Shown: positions 6,912 to 15,327 of the stretch, one piece after another
Layout of the letters: every line of letters starts with the position of its first letter
Numbering within the stretch: position 1 is the stretch's first letter
Assembly (NCBI RefSeq): GCF_009617975.1
Contig: NZ_CP040089.1
Location: forward strand, 150,001-182,000
Length of the DNA: 32,000 nt
Direction of reading: 5' to 3'
Source: Candidatus Nanohalobium constans
GTDB taxonomy: Archaea > Nanohalarchaeota > Nanosalinia > Nanosalinales > Nanosalinaceae
Notes under the pieces: model-generated
The model's input: the letters and a program-made list of their open reading frames with translations, nothing else
Told to the model about the DNA's origin: nothing
The model's database searches: none
Translations under genes and position numbers: made by a program

Positions 6912-7580
6912 ATGACTGAGAAAAAAGTAGTAGGTATTGACGAGGCAGGTAGAGGTCCTGTAATCGGATCTATGTTTATTGGTGGCTTCATGGTTGAAGA
7001 GTCCAGGTTGGACGAGGTTGAGGGTCTCGGTGTTAAGGATTCTAAGAAACTCAGCGACAAGAAAAGAGAAGATTTAGCTGAAAAACTGAGAGAAGTGGGG
7101 AAGCCTTTCCTCAAAGAGATTACTGCTTCTGAGATTGATGATTTGCGTGAGGTTATGTCTTTGAATGAGATTGAGATTCAGGGTTTTACTGATGTGATTG
7201 AGCGTAGTGATGCGGATAAAATTATAGTTGATTTGCCGGAGCCTGATGGTGACAGGTTTATCAATAAGATGAAGAGAGAATTGCCGGCCAGTTTTTCGGA
7301 TAGGGAGTTTATTGCGGAGCATGAGGCAGATGATAATTTTCCGATTGTTTCAGCAGCATCCATCATTGCGAAATCAGCCCGTGAGAATCATGTCGATGAG
7401 TTGAAGGAAAAGTATGGTTATGATTTCAAGTCAGGTTATCCTCATGACAAGCCGACGATCAACTTCCTAGAGGATTACTTGGAGGAGAAGGGCGAGTTAC
7501 CGCCGGAGACCAGGTTGAGCTGGAGTACGGCTGAAAGGATTGTGAAGGAGAACAGTCAGAAGAGTTTCGACGAGTTCTAA
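6912..7580 (+). CDS. rnhB: Ribonuclease HII
   Basis: VVGIDEAGRGPVIGSMFIGG catalytic DEAGRG motif, later DSKKLS and SAASIIAKSARE, and an archaeal-type length of 222 aa. Confidence 0.9.
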   Translation: MTEKKVVGIDEAGRGPVIGSMFIGGFMVEESRLDEVEGLGVKDSKKLSDKKREDLAEKLREVGKPFLKEITASEIDDLREVMSLNEIEIQGFTDVIERSDADKIIVDLPEPDGDRFINKMKRELPASFSDREFIAEHEADDNFPIVSAASIIAKSARENHVDELKEKYGYDFKSGYPHDKPTINFLEDYLEEKGELPPETRLSWSTAERIVKENSQKSFDEF

Positions 7581-7605
7581 AAAACTGACTCACCGATAAT
7601 CAATT

Positions 7606-8145
7606 ATGAAAGTCGAAGCCGAAATCACGGATAAAGGGCTGAAAGTTTTCGAAGAGGAAAAAGCCGAGGAAATCCACGAAGAGAAATACTACGGAAAAAT
7701 CCTGGAAGATGAAACACTTCAACTCTCGCCCTGCGAAGCACTTCACCTCATGGAAAGAGATGTAGAATTTGAGATAGAAGGAGAAACACTTGAAAGACAG
7801 GAAGCTTACGAAAAATTCTGCGAAATCGACGACGAATTCTCCTACAAATACCCAGCCTACTCAGATCTCCGTGAAAGAGGCTACATCGTAAAATCAGGCT
7901 TCAAGTTTGGTGCACACTTCCGAGTATACCCCAGAGGAGTCAATCCATACAAAGACGGCGACAAAAGAGAAAGAGAACACACAAAATATGTCGTACACGC
8001 CGTACCCGAAAACCACTCAATGAGCTTCCCAGAAATGAGCCGAGCAGTCAGGTTAGCTAATAATATTCGTGCAGATATGCTCTGGGCAGTAAATGACACA
8101 GAAGACCAAGTAACCTACTACCAAGTCGACTTCAAAAGGCTTTAA
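7606..8145 (+). CDS. endA: tRNA-splicing endonuclease, single 179-aa subunit (homotetramer-type size)
   Basis: YSDLRERGYIVKSGFKFGAHFRVYPRG...EHTKYVVHAV aligns by eye with the catalytic C-terminal domain of Methanocaldococcus-type EndA (RTRGYIVKTGLKYGADFRLYERG...EHSVYLVKV). It has the same overall length. Confidence 0.85.
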   Translation: MKVEAEITDKGLKVFEEEKAEEIHEEKYYGKILEDETLQLSPCEALHLMERDVEFEIEGETLERQEAYEKFCEIDDEFSYKYPAYSDLRERGYIVKSGFKFGAHFRVYPRGVNPYKDGDKREREHTKYVVHAVPENHSMSFPEMSRAVRLANNIRADMLWAVNDTEDQVTYYQVDFKRL

Positions 8146-8163
8146 AATTTTTAAGCCTCATTA

Positions 8164-8694
8164 GTGGTTGTGTCAGTTAATCAGCTAAACTATCCGGTTC
8201 GTTCAGATAATCCAAATAGGAAGAGATCTCGATTTTGGAAAGGTATGGGTTTAGAAGCAGGTCATCCTGATGACCTCGCTACTATTTCTGATTCTTTGCT
8301 CAGGGCGCCTGTAGTTCGTTATAATGAAAATGGTTATCTTGTAAGAACTCCTGGTTCTGGCCAGAAGGCAGAAGGTAAGATTAGTTTAGCTGCCGCTAGG
8401 AAAGTCCTGGGTGCAAATGTTTCCGAAGAAGATGAGGTTGTAGTTAGGTTGCTTGAAGCAGGGTCCTCGCCTGAAAGTGCTGAAACATATGATGCAACTT
8501 TAGAGGTGTACCAGCTTCCTGATAATCAAAGGGAAAGCATTCCTGATAGTATTGAAGATCCCTTAATGATACAAAAAACTCCGGATGGATTTGAGTGCGG
8601 TAAAAACTACGATTTCACGGTTCTACATCATGGCTCAGGAGAGTATATAGTAGCGGATCCTGAGAGCATCAAGAGAACATCAATTGAAAGATAA
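8164..8694 (+). CDS. Hypothetical protein
   Basis: Long ORF with the acidic composition typical of the window. The track start is GTG; the ATG at 8245 is an alternative. GKISLAAARKVLGANVSEEDEVVVRL looks vaguely like an AbrB/SpoVT strand-turn, which is not enough for a call. Confidence 0.45.
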   Translation: MVVSVNQLNYPVRSDNPNRKRSRFWKGMGLEAGHPDDLATISDSLLRAPVVRYNENGYLVRTPGSGQKAEGKISLAAARKVLGANVSEEDEVVVRLLEAGSSPESAETYDATLEVYQLPDNQRESIPDSIEDPLMIQKTPDGFECGKNYDFTVLHHGSGEYIVADPESIKRTSIER

Positions 8695-9678
8695 CTAGTA
8701 GCCTAAAGGATTGAAGGCTGAGCTTCTTTTCTTATGTTTCTCCTGTAGTTTCTTCCCGAAGTAAAGTCCTATTGCTAGTCCTGCTAGATGTGCGCTGGAT
8801 GCGAATCCACCGAGGACGGGCAATCTGATGCCCGCTAGTATTGCGATTAAGTTGATGAGTTCTAGACCTGCGAATAGTCTGAATGCGGTTTTTATTTTCA
8901 TTGGGATGATGAAGTAGAGCAGGACTTCTGCTTTTGGGTAGAGCATTGCTACTACGCTGAACATTGCTATAACTGCGCCGGATGCTCCGACTGCTGGTGC
9001 CAGTGAAATGTTTCCTGCTATCGGTCCGTGAATTAAGTAGAGTAGGTTTCTGAAGATGATGTATCCAATGCTTGATCCTATCCCTGCTATCAGGTAGATT
9101 TTCAGCATTTCTAGTCCGCCGACTGCTCTTTCCACTGCTGTTCCAAAGAAGTAGAATGTTATCATGTTGGCTGCGATATGTATGAAGCTGCCATGGACTA
9201 GCATCACTGTGAGTATTCCCCATGGGGCCGTCAGCAGTGTCTTATCTAGCACATTTCCTATTCCGAGTTCCTGCGTTGCCTGATTGGTGGCATTGACAGC
9301 GGTCTCGGTGAGTGCGGGTGAAAGGGTGAGAAAGTTTCTGAATGCAGGAGAAGCTTGATGTAGCAGGAATGAAGCTACGGTCAATCCAATTACAACTAAG
9401 GTAATATTGTTTCTAAGTATTCTTTTTGTCTCATTCAACATGCTAGGTTTCTGATACTGCTTCTCAGGTTTCTTCTTATCTTTGAATTTGTCATCGAACC
9501 ATTTCTGGTCTTCTTCGTCCTCTGAGTCACTAGAAGTGGAATATTCTTCCTTTTTACCGGATTCTAGGCCGTTGCAATCATGTTTTTCTGGCAGCCGGTG
9601 CTCGGAACAGAACTTTCCTCCGCAGTAGCGGCAGGTAAAGCTCATTGACTGCTTTCCACACTCAGAGCACTCTACCAT
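8695..9678 (-). CDS. Rhomboid-family intramembrane serine protease with an N-terminal AN1-type zinc finger
   Basis: The N-terminus CSECGKQSMSFTCRYCGGKFCSEHRLPEKHDC is an AN1 Zn finger. The multi-TM C-terminal part has the rhomboid HGSFIHIAANM (H-x4-H) and GASGAV catalytic Ser motifs and a later AHLAG His. Confidence 0.85.
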   Translation of the reverse strand: MVECSECGKQSMSFTCRYCGGKFCSEHRLPEKHDCNGLESGKKEEYSTSSDSEDEEDQKWFDDKFKDKKKPEKQYQKPSMLNETKRILRNNITLVVIGLTVASFLLHQASPAFRNFLTLSPALTETAVNATNQATQELGIGNVLDKTLLTAPWGILTVMLVHGSFIHIAANMITFYFFGTAVERAVGGLEMLKIYLIAGIGSSIGYIIFRNLLYLIHGPIAGNISLAPAVGASGAVIAMFSVVAMLYPKAEVLLYFIIPMKIKTAFRLFAGLELINLIAILAGIRLPVLGGFASSAHLAGLAIGLYFGKKLQEKHKKRSSAFNPLGY

Positions 9679-9739
9679 ACAACCAACTTATCAGACATCT
9701 TTTTTATCAACCGGCATAGGAAAAAGAAGAAAAAGAAAC

Positions 9740-11461
9740 TCAGGAAAGCTCCTCAGCAAGATCTGAAACCTCAACTCTTTCCTGCTCTGTAGAGTCACGA
9801 TCTCTGACAGTCACAGTCTCAGGTTCTTCCTCCAAAGTCTCGTAGTCAACTGTGATGCAGACAGGGGTTCCGACTTCGTCTTGTCTTCTGTAGCGGCGAC
9901 CGATGTTTCCTGTATCGTCGTATTTGACTGAGAATCCTTTGTCTCTCAGCATGTCAGCTACTTCGCTGGCTTTTTCACCTAGACCTTCTTTATCCATCAA
10001 TGGGAAGACTGCTACTTCTGTAGGTGCCACTTCATCGCTCATATGGAGGACTGTTCTTTCCTCATCCTCTACTTTGTCCTCATCATAAGCATGAACAAGG
10101 ACAGTATAGACGATTCTGTCTACGCCGAATGATGGCTCAGCAACATGTGGAGTGATGTGTTCACCAGATTTCTTCACTTCTTCAACGCTGAAGTTGCATT
10201 TATCGGAAGGAACACTGAACTCCTCGCCATCAACTTCAACAGCTACTTCGTCCTGTCCAAAGACTTCAGGATCTTCTTCAGCTAGATTCTGTAGTCTTTC
10301 TACTATTTTTCCTGCTTTGTTGCCGAACTCTGGTCCTAGGTAGCCCATGTCAGGATCTACTTTGGCTTCCTCAACTATCTCGGGCTCGTCGTACTCTTTG
10401 AAAATTGTGAAGTCTTCCTCTGAGTGCTTTCCGTGTTTAGTTAGGTCGTAACAGCCTCTGTAGCTGAAACCGGAGATTTCAAGCCAGTCTTCTTCGTCTG
10501 AGTCACCTATATCGCTTTCTGCGTCCCAGCAGTCGGTGGAGTAATGCGCTAGCTCATCTGGGAGATGCTGTCTGAACCTGAAACGGTCCATGTCGACGCC
10601 GATGCTCTCGTACCACTGCTTGGCGTATCCGAGGTAGTAAGCGATCCATTCGGACTCAATCACATCCTGGTCAATTGCCTCTTCGACCGTTAGGTAAAGG
10701 TATTCTCCGTCTTCTTTCTGCTGCTCGCTGACAGGGTATAGTTTAAGCTCGATATCCTTCACTTTCTCGATATCAGGACTGTCTTCTTCGGGGTCGATGA
10801 AGTGTTCGAGTTCTGCCTGGGTGAATTCTCTGACTCTGACAAGCCCTTGTCGTGGCGAAATCTCGTTTCTGTAGGCCTTACCGATCTGTGTGATGCCGAA
10901 GGGCAGCTGGTTCCTCATGTACTCCTTGAAACGAGGGAACTCAGTGAAAATACCCTGCGCTGTCTCAGGTCTTAAGTAGCCTGCGTTGCTGCTTCCTGGT
11001 CCGATATTCGTCTCGAACATCAGGTTGAAGTCATTAACCTTTTCTCCAGCCAGATCTGCACCGCAGCTTGGACATTTCAGGTCGTGATCTTTGAAGAGGG
11101 ACTCAATTTTCTCCTTTGAGAATGCTTCAGCTTCTTCGATTTCTGTATTATCTTCTACTATGTGGTCGGCTCTACTGGATTTGCCGCATTCTGGGCATTC
11201 TATTATCATGTCGTCGAAGCCGTCCAGGTGTCCTGAAGCTTCAAATACTGCTTCAGGCATCACGGTAGGAGCCTCTATCTCTCTATGCCCTAGTTCTCTG
11301 GAGAATGTCTGTCTCCAGCTGTTTTCGATGTTTCTCTTGAGTTCTGCGCCTTCGGGTCCGAATGTTTGGAATCCTGCGACGCCTCCGTAAGCCTCAGCTG
11401 TCGGAGAGTAAAATCCTCTTCTCCTCGCCAGCTCAGCCACTTTCTCACTTAAATTATCCAT
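9740..11461 (-). CDS. glyS: Glycyl-tRNA synthetase (archaeal/eukaryotic alpha2 type)
   Basis: MDNLSEKVAELARRRGFYSPTAEAYGGVAGFQTFGPEGAELKRN..., class II motifs (YLRPETAQGIF, FRNEISPRQGLVRVREFTQAE), and the C-terminal anticodon-binding domain. I prefer the ATG at 11461 over the track start at 11524, because a TATA-like element sits about 27 nt upstream of 11461 and homologs begin there. Confidence 0.9.
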   Translation of the reverse strand: MDNLSEKVAELARRRGFYSPTAEAYGGVAGFQTFGPEGAELKRNIENSWRQTFSRELGHREIEAPTVMPEAVFEASGHLDGFDDMIIECPECGKSSRADHIVEDNTEIEEAEAFSKEKIESLFKDHDLKCPSCGADLAGEKVNDFNLMFETNIGPGSSNAGYLRPETAQGIFTEFPRFKEYMRNQLPFGITQIGKAYRNEISPRQGLVRVREFTQAELEHFIDPEEDSPDIEKVKDIELKLYPVSEQQKEDGEYLYLTVEEAIDQDVIESEWIAYYLGYAKQWYESIGVDMDRFRFRQHLPDELAHYSTDCWDAESDIGDSDEEDWLEISGFSYRGCYDLTKHGKHSEEDFTIFKEYDEPEIVEEAKVDPDMGYLGPEFGNKAGKIVERLQNLAEEDPEVFGQDEVAVEVDGEEFSVPSDKCNFSVEEVKKSGEHITPHVAEPSFGVDRIVYTVLVHAYDEDKVEDEERTVLHMSDEVAPTEVAVFPLMDKEGLGEKASEVADMLRDKGFSVKYDDTGNIGRRYRRQDEVGTPVCITVDYETLEEEPETVTVRDRDSTEQERVEVSDLAEELS

Positions 11462-11483
11462 AGAGAAACCACCGGTCTGGAAA

Positions 11484-11492
11484 TTTTTATAG
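11484..11492 (-). promoter_or_regulatory. TATA-box-like element for glyS (suggests a leaderless mRNA)
   Basis: CTATAAAAA on the minus strand, centred about 27 nt upstream of the ATG at 11461. Confidence 0.4.
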
Positions 11493-11634
11493 CAGAAGCT
11501 GTGAAAGGTTTTGAGAAGTTGCAAATACTACTCCATGACTGCCGATTCAGGCAGCCCAAAACATTCACCGGTCATTGGTAATTTCTCATTCTTAATCAAT
11601 TCTTAAGTTTTCTTTCCTGTTTCTGGTTGGAATC

Positions 11635-11642
11635 ATTAAATA
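11635..11642 (+). promoter_or_regulatory. TATA-box-like element for pgk (suggests a leaderless mRNA)
   Basis: ATTAAATA centred about 27 nt upstream of the ATG at 11666. Confidence 0.35.
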
Positions 11643-11665
11643 CGAGAGAAGTATTACTTCGTAAT

Positions 11666-12832
11666 ATGCAGTCGCTGGATGATATCGATCTTGAAGGTGA
11701 GAGAGTAATTCTCAGAACTGATCTAAATCTTCCTGTAGAGGAGGGAGAGCCTCAGAAAACAGTAAGATTTGAACGGTACTTGGAGACAATTGAGGAGCTC
11801 AGTGATAGAGGGGCTAAAGTAGTTGTTGTGGCTCATCAAGGTCGTCCGGCGAGAAAGGACTTTCTTTCACTTGAAAAGCATTCTGAGATACTTTCAGACT
11901 CTCTGGGGAAGGAAGTGAGTTTTGTTCCTAGCTTTTTCGGACCTGAGCTTGGTGAAACTGTGGCAAGAATGCAGGAAGGTGGTGTAGCGATGCTGGAGAA
12001 TATCCGTTTCCTGTCGGAGGAGCTGCAGAATGCCTCTCCTGAGAGACACGCCAACGATTTCTTCGTTCAAAGAATTTCCAAATACTTCGATATCTATGTT
12101 GACGACGCCTTCTCTGCCGCTCATCGAAGCCATGGCTCAATGGTAGGATTTACAGAGAAACTGGATTCCTACGCAGGACCTATAATGGAGAAAGAGCTGG
12201 AAAGCTGCTCAAAGATACGAGAAGAGTTTGACAGCGGAGTACTTGTCCTAGGAGGAGAAAAACCGTCTGATCTTACGGGTATAATCAATGAACTAATTGG
12301 ATCAGTAGATAAAGTACTGCTCGGCGGTATTCCAGGCGAGTTAGCTTTAATCGCTGAAGGAAAAGATCTAGGTGAGAAACAGGACTGGATTGAGGAGAAA
12401 GGTTTAGACTCCAAAAAAGAGGAATTGCTTGAACTGATTGAACAACACGAGGAAAAATTCTTGCTGCCTGAAGATGTGGCAACGGACTCCGGAAACTATG
12501 AAGTCGGTGAAATATCACAGGAAGAGATGACCTGGGATATCGGAGAAACTACTGCCGAGAAGTTTGCCGAAGAAATAAGAAATGCCGATGCAGTAATGAT
12601 GAAAGGACCCATGGGTGCCTTCGAAGAACATCCGGAGGGAACACAAAAAGTAGTCAACGCAATAGCAGAAAACAACGGATTCACGGTTTTGGGCGGAGGT
12701 CACACATCCTCACTGGTGCAGAGATTCGACCATGAACTAGATGAGTTTTCACATGTCTCAATCGCAGGAGGAGCATTCGTCAGGTTCATGAGCGGTGAAA
12801 AACTGCCTGCAGTAGAAGCACTGGAAAACTAA
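11666..12832 (+). CDS. pgk: Phosphoglycerate kinase
   Basis: MQSLDDIDLEGERVILRTDLNLPV (the PGK N-terminal signature), AHQGRP, LENIRF, and the C-terminal GGGHTSS / SIAGGAF. The ATG at 11666 is preferred over the TTG at 11627. Confidence 0.9.
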   Translation: MQSLDDIDLEGERVILRTDLNLPVEEGEPQKTVRFERYLETIEELSDRGAKVVVVAHQGRPARKDFLSLEKHSEILSDSLGKEVSFVPSFFGPELGETVARMQEGGVAMLENIRFLSEELQNASPERHANDFFVQRISKYFDIYVDDAFSAAHRSHGSMVGFTEKLDSYAGPIMEKELESCSKIREEFDSGVLVLGGEKPSDLTGIINELIGSVDKVLLGGIPGELALIAEGKDLGEKQDWIEEKGLDSKKEELLELIEQHEEKFLLPEDVATDSGNYEVGEISQEEMTWDIGETTAEKFAEEIRNADAVMMKGPMGAFEEHPEGTQKVVNAIAENNGFTVLGGGHTSSLVQRFDHELDEFSHVSIAGGAFVRFMSGEKLPAVEALEN

Positions 12833-13104
12833 CTTAACTCTTTCTCTTTAAAACCTAACCATGGCTCAGAAGGGTGGACGCTTTTGGAACCCAGTATCTC
12901 ATTAACTCTTTGAGTCATAGCTATCTACAGATTTCTTCACTACTTAACCTGTCTTGGCGTTGAGAAACTCTTTTCATTGGTGTAAATGTATTTTCCCATT
13001 TTTGAATATACTTTTCTAGTCCTAGCTGTATCTTTAACCTTTCTTATGTCTTAAGGACCTTTTTAAGCTTTCTGTAGCAATACGTGGTTGCGTGATTAGA
13101 ATGA

Positions 13105-13893
13105 TTGAAGGTTTACCTGACGAAGATGTGTATGCGGAAGCCCAGCAGGGTGGACGCGTTTGGAAACAGCCTTGAGATAGAAGTATATCAAAATCCCGAA
13201 AGTTTTCTCGATGAGAATCCTGGAGCTGAGAGCCAGCTTGTTGATGTTGCTCAGGATGCTTTCTCTAAAGACGGTGTCCCTACTGAGGAGGATGCCGAAG
13301 ACCATCTCCGTGTTCCGCTTTTAGTTACTGCTAAGGATGAAAGCGGAGAGTGTGTTGGTTTTTCAGCAGTTTCTAGAGAAGGCGACATGGTTTATGAGGA
13401 AGGACTTGCTGTGAGAGACGATGAGGAACACGATTTTCACGGCAGCTGTGTCGGCAGCACTCTATTGAGCAGAGGAGTTATGGAGATGGCAGAAGGTGAA
13501 GAGGTACTAGGTTACCGGACACAGAATCCCAACATGTATGCCTGTGCCGACAACTGCTTTAATCTGGAACCAGCTCCCGATGAGGAAATAGAGATGCTGG
13601 ATGAGATACAGGAACTCGGTAATGAGGTAGATCCAAGCAAAGAAATGGATGGGGCGGTTATGAGAAAAGCATACGCTGACATCTATGACGGTGGAATGTA
13701 CTCCGGAGTACCTGAAAACAAAGAATTCCAAGAATTTATGTATGGAGAAGACGGTCTAAATATGAACTTTGAAGACGGAGACGCACTAATCGTCGCCGGG
13801 GAAGTCTCGGAGACGGAGGCAGCCCACAGCATGGCTTCAGCGGCAAGAGCCTCCGACTACGAATTCCATGAAAACGGAGAGAAGATAGCATGA
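13105..13893 (+). CDS. Hypothetical acidic protein, possibly GNAT-like; the 5' end is probably frameshifted (the true start may be the ATG at 13101)
   Basis: GFSAVSREGDMVYEEGLAVRDDEEHDFHGSCVGSTLLSRGVMEMAE loosely resembles the GNAT beta4-alpha3 acetyl-CoA loop. The first 20 or so codons of the track ORF (MKVYLTKMCMRKPSRVDAFGNS) are basic and Cys/Met-rich, unlike the rest of this proteome. The adjacent frame from the ATG at 13101 reads MIEGLPDEDVYAEAQQGGRVWKQP-stop. Confidence 0.5.
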   Translation: MKVYLTKMCMRKPSRVDAFGNSLEIEVYQNPESFLDENPGAESQLVDVAQDAFSKDGVPTEEDAEDHLRVPLLVTAKDESGECVGFSAVSREGDMVYEEGLAVRDDEEHDFHGSCVGSTLLSRGVMEMAEGEEVLGYRTQNPNMYACADNCFNLEPAPDEEIEMLDEIQELGNEVDPSKEMDGAVMRKAYADIYDGGMYSGVPENKEFQEFMYGEDGLNMNFEDGDALIVAGEVSETEAAHSMASAARASDYEFHENGEKIA

Positions 13894-14951
13894 AACAACC
13901 AGAAGAGCTAACAAAAGATCTAATTAAATTCCAGACAATAGAAGGAAACACTGAAGAAGTAGAGAAATGCCTTGACTACATAGAAAACCAGTTCAGCACC
14001 GGATTCAAATTTGAACAATTTGAAAAAGAGGGAGAGAAGTCTCTCCTAATTTCTCGAGGTGAGAATCCCCGAATTCTTCTTCACGGGCATATAGATGTGG
14101 TAGGGGCTGACGAAGAAATGTTTGAACCTGAGGTGAAGGAAGGAAGAATTCATGGACGTGGCGCTGCTGACATGAAATCCGGCGTAGCTTGCATGATGAA
14201 GGTTCTAAATGAGGGAGAAAAAGAAGGAGTCGCATTACTCTTGACTTCAGATGAGGAAAGAGGCGGGTTCAACGGAACAGGACATGTAATTGAAGAAAAG
14301 GATTTGAATCCTGATATCGTTATTTCGGCGGAGCCTGATGACTCTGGAAACTTTCCTTCGATTGTAACTGAACAGAAAGGTGTTTTACAGCTGGAGATAA
14401 CTATTGAAGGAGAATCTGCCCATGCATCAAAACCTGAGAAAGGCGAAAATGCAGCTGAAAAACTGATGACTAAGTATGCTGAGATAAAAAATCTTTTTGA
14501 CAGTAAAAAGGATTTTCCAACCACCTTGAATCTTGGAAATATTGCGGTTGAGGGTCCGGTCAATAAAGTACCTTCTTCCGCAAGTATGCAGCTCGATATA
14601 AGGTTCTCTGCCAGTTATCCGAAGGAAGAAGTTCTCAAGGATATTAAGCAGATATCTGGGATAGATACAGAGGTTATGGCAGAGGCACCTATGATGCAAA
14701 ACTCACGAGATGACAAGATGATTCGCAGATTAATGGCGGCGGCTGAAAAAGCTTCAGGAGAACAAGCTGATCTCAGGAAGGAGAACTTTGCCAGCGACAT
14801 GCGCTTCTTCACAGAGAAAGATATTCCAGCAGTATGCTTCGGACCAGAAGGATACAAACTTCACAGCAAAGACGAGTATGTCGAAACGGAAAGCCTGAAA
14901 ACCTACTGTGAAATCTTGAAAACATTTCTGAATAACGGGTTATCTAGGTGA
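13890..14951 (+). CDS. M20-family metallopeptidase / deacylase (ArgE/DapE-like)
   Basis: LLHGHIDVV, GRGAADMKSGVA, LLLTSDEERGG and a C-terminal HSKDEYV are the metal-binding and catalytic motifs of the M20 family. ATGA start/stop overlap with the upstream ORF. Confidence 0.8.
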   Translation: MKQPEELTKDLIKFQTIEGNTEEVEKCLDYIENQFSTGFKFEQFEKEGEKSLLISRGENPRILLHGHIDVVGADEEMFEPEVKEGRIHGRGAADMKSGVACMMKVLNEGEKEGVALLLTSDEERGGFNGTGHVIEEKDLNPDIVISAEPDDSGNFPSIVTEQKGVLQLEITIEGESAHASKPEKGENAAEKLMTKYAEIKNLFDSKKDFPTTLNLGNIAVEGPVNKVPSSASMQLDIRFSASYPKEEVLKDIKQISGIDTEVMAEAPMMQNSRDDKMIRRLMAAAEKASGEQADLRKENFASDMRFFTEKDIPAVCFGPEGYKLHSKDEYVETESLKTYCEILKTFLNNGLSR

Positions 14952-14960
14952 ACTAGGAAA

Positions 14961-15275
14961 ATGGATTCAAGATTCAAGTCTTCAGACTCTCATCCGGGTG
15001 TAGCTTTCACCAGTAGTTACGCCACAGTGTGTGAAGAAGGAGAAAATGGCAGAGTTTACAGCACCTTCAACAGTCTGAACTCTCTTGAACAGTATCTCGA
15101 AGAGAATGCAGTAGAGGCAGTGAGGATAAATCAGGTAGAAGAACCAGAATCCAACTTGCTGGAAGTCTTCGATGAAAAATACGCAGTTAAACCTACACGA
15201 ACTGAGAATGTAAGAGCTGTTCTATACGGTGAAGAGGAAGCTGTCCTTTTTGGATCGGAGGACATCCTAGAATGA
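14961..15275 (+). CDS. Hypothetical protein
   Basis: 104-aa acidic ORF in the operon-like array between the M20 gene and trpS. No motif recognised. Confidence 0.4.
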   Translation: MDSRFKSSDSHPGVAFTSSYATVCEEGENGRVYSTFNSLNSLEQYLEENAVEAVRINQVEEPESNLLEVFDEKYAVKPTRTENVRAVLYGEEEAVLFGSEDILE

Positions 15276-15327
15276 AACTAACTATTTCAAACTCCCGAAG
15301 AAAAATCAAACAAGAGGTAAACTAAAA

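Noticed and set aside
8732-9223. 163-aa ORF in an alternative frame within the rhomboid gene
   Set aside because: It is on the same strand in a different frame, with an Arg/Ser/Thr-rich, non-acidic composition. The rhomboid frame carries all the catalytic motifs.
11462-11524. Upstream in-frame extension of glyS (track start at 11524), and similarly the TTG start of pgk at 11627
   Set aside because: The extensions (MQLLKTFHSFCYKNFQTGGFS, MESLNTREVLLRN) are non-acidic and absent from homolog N-termini as I recall them. They would also place the TATA-like elements inside the coding sequence.
12833-13100. 268-nt ORF-free region considered as a possible structured ncRNA (SRP RNA or an RNase P fragment)
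   Set aside because: It is AT-rich with CTT/TTC low-complexity runs, and I could find no extended complementary helices or conserved RNA motifs by eye. It is better explained as a decayed duplicate of the downstream gene start (see finding).
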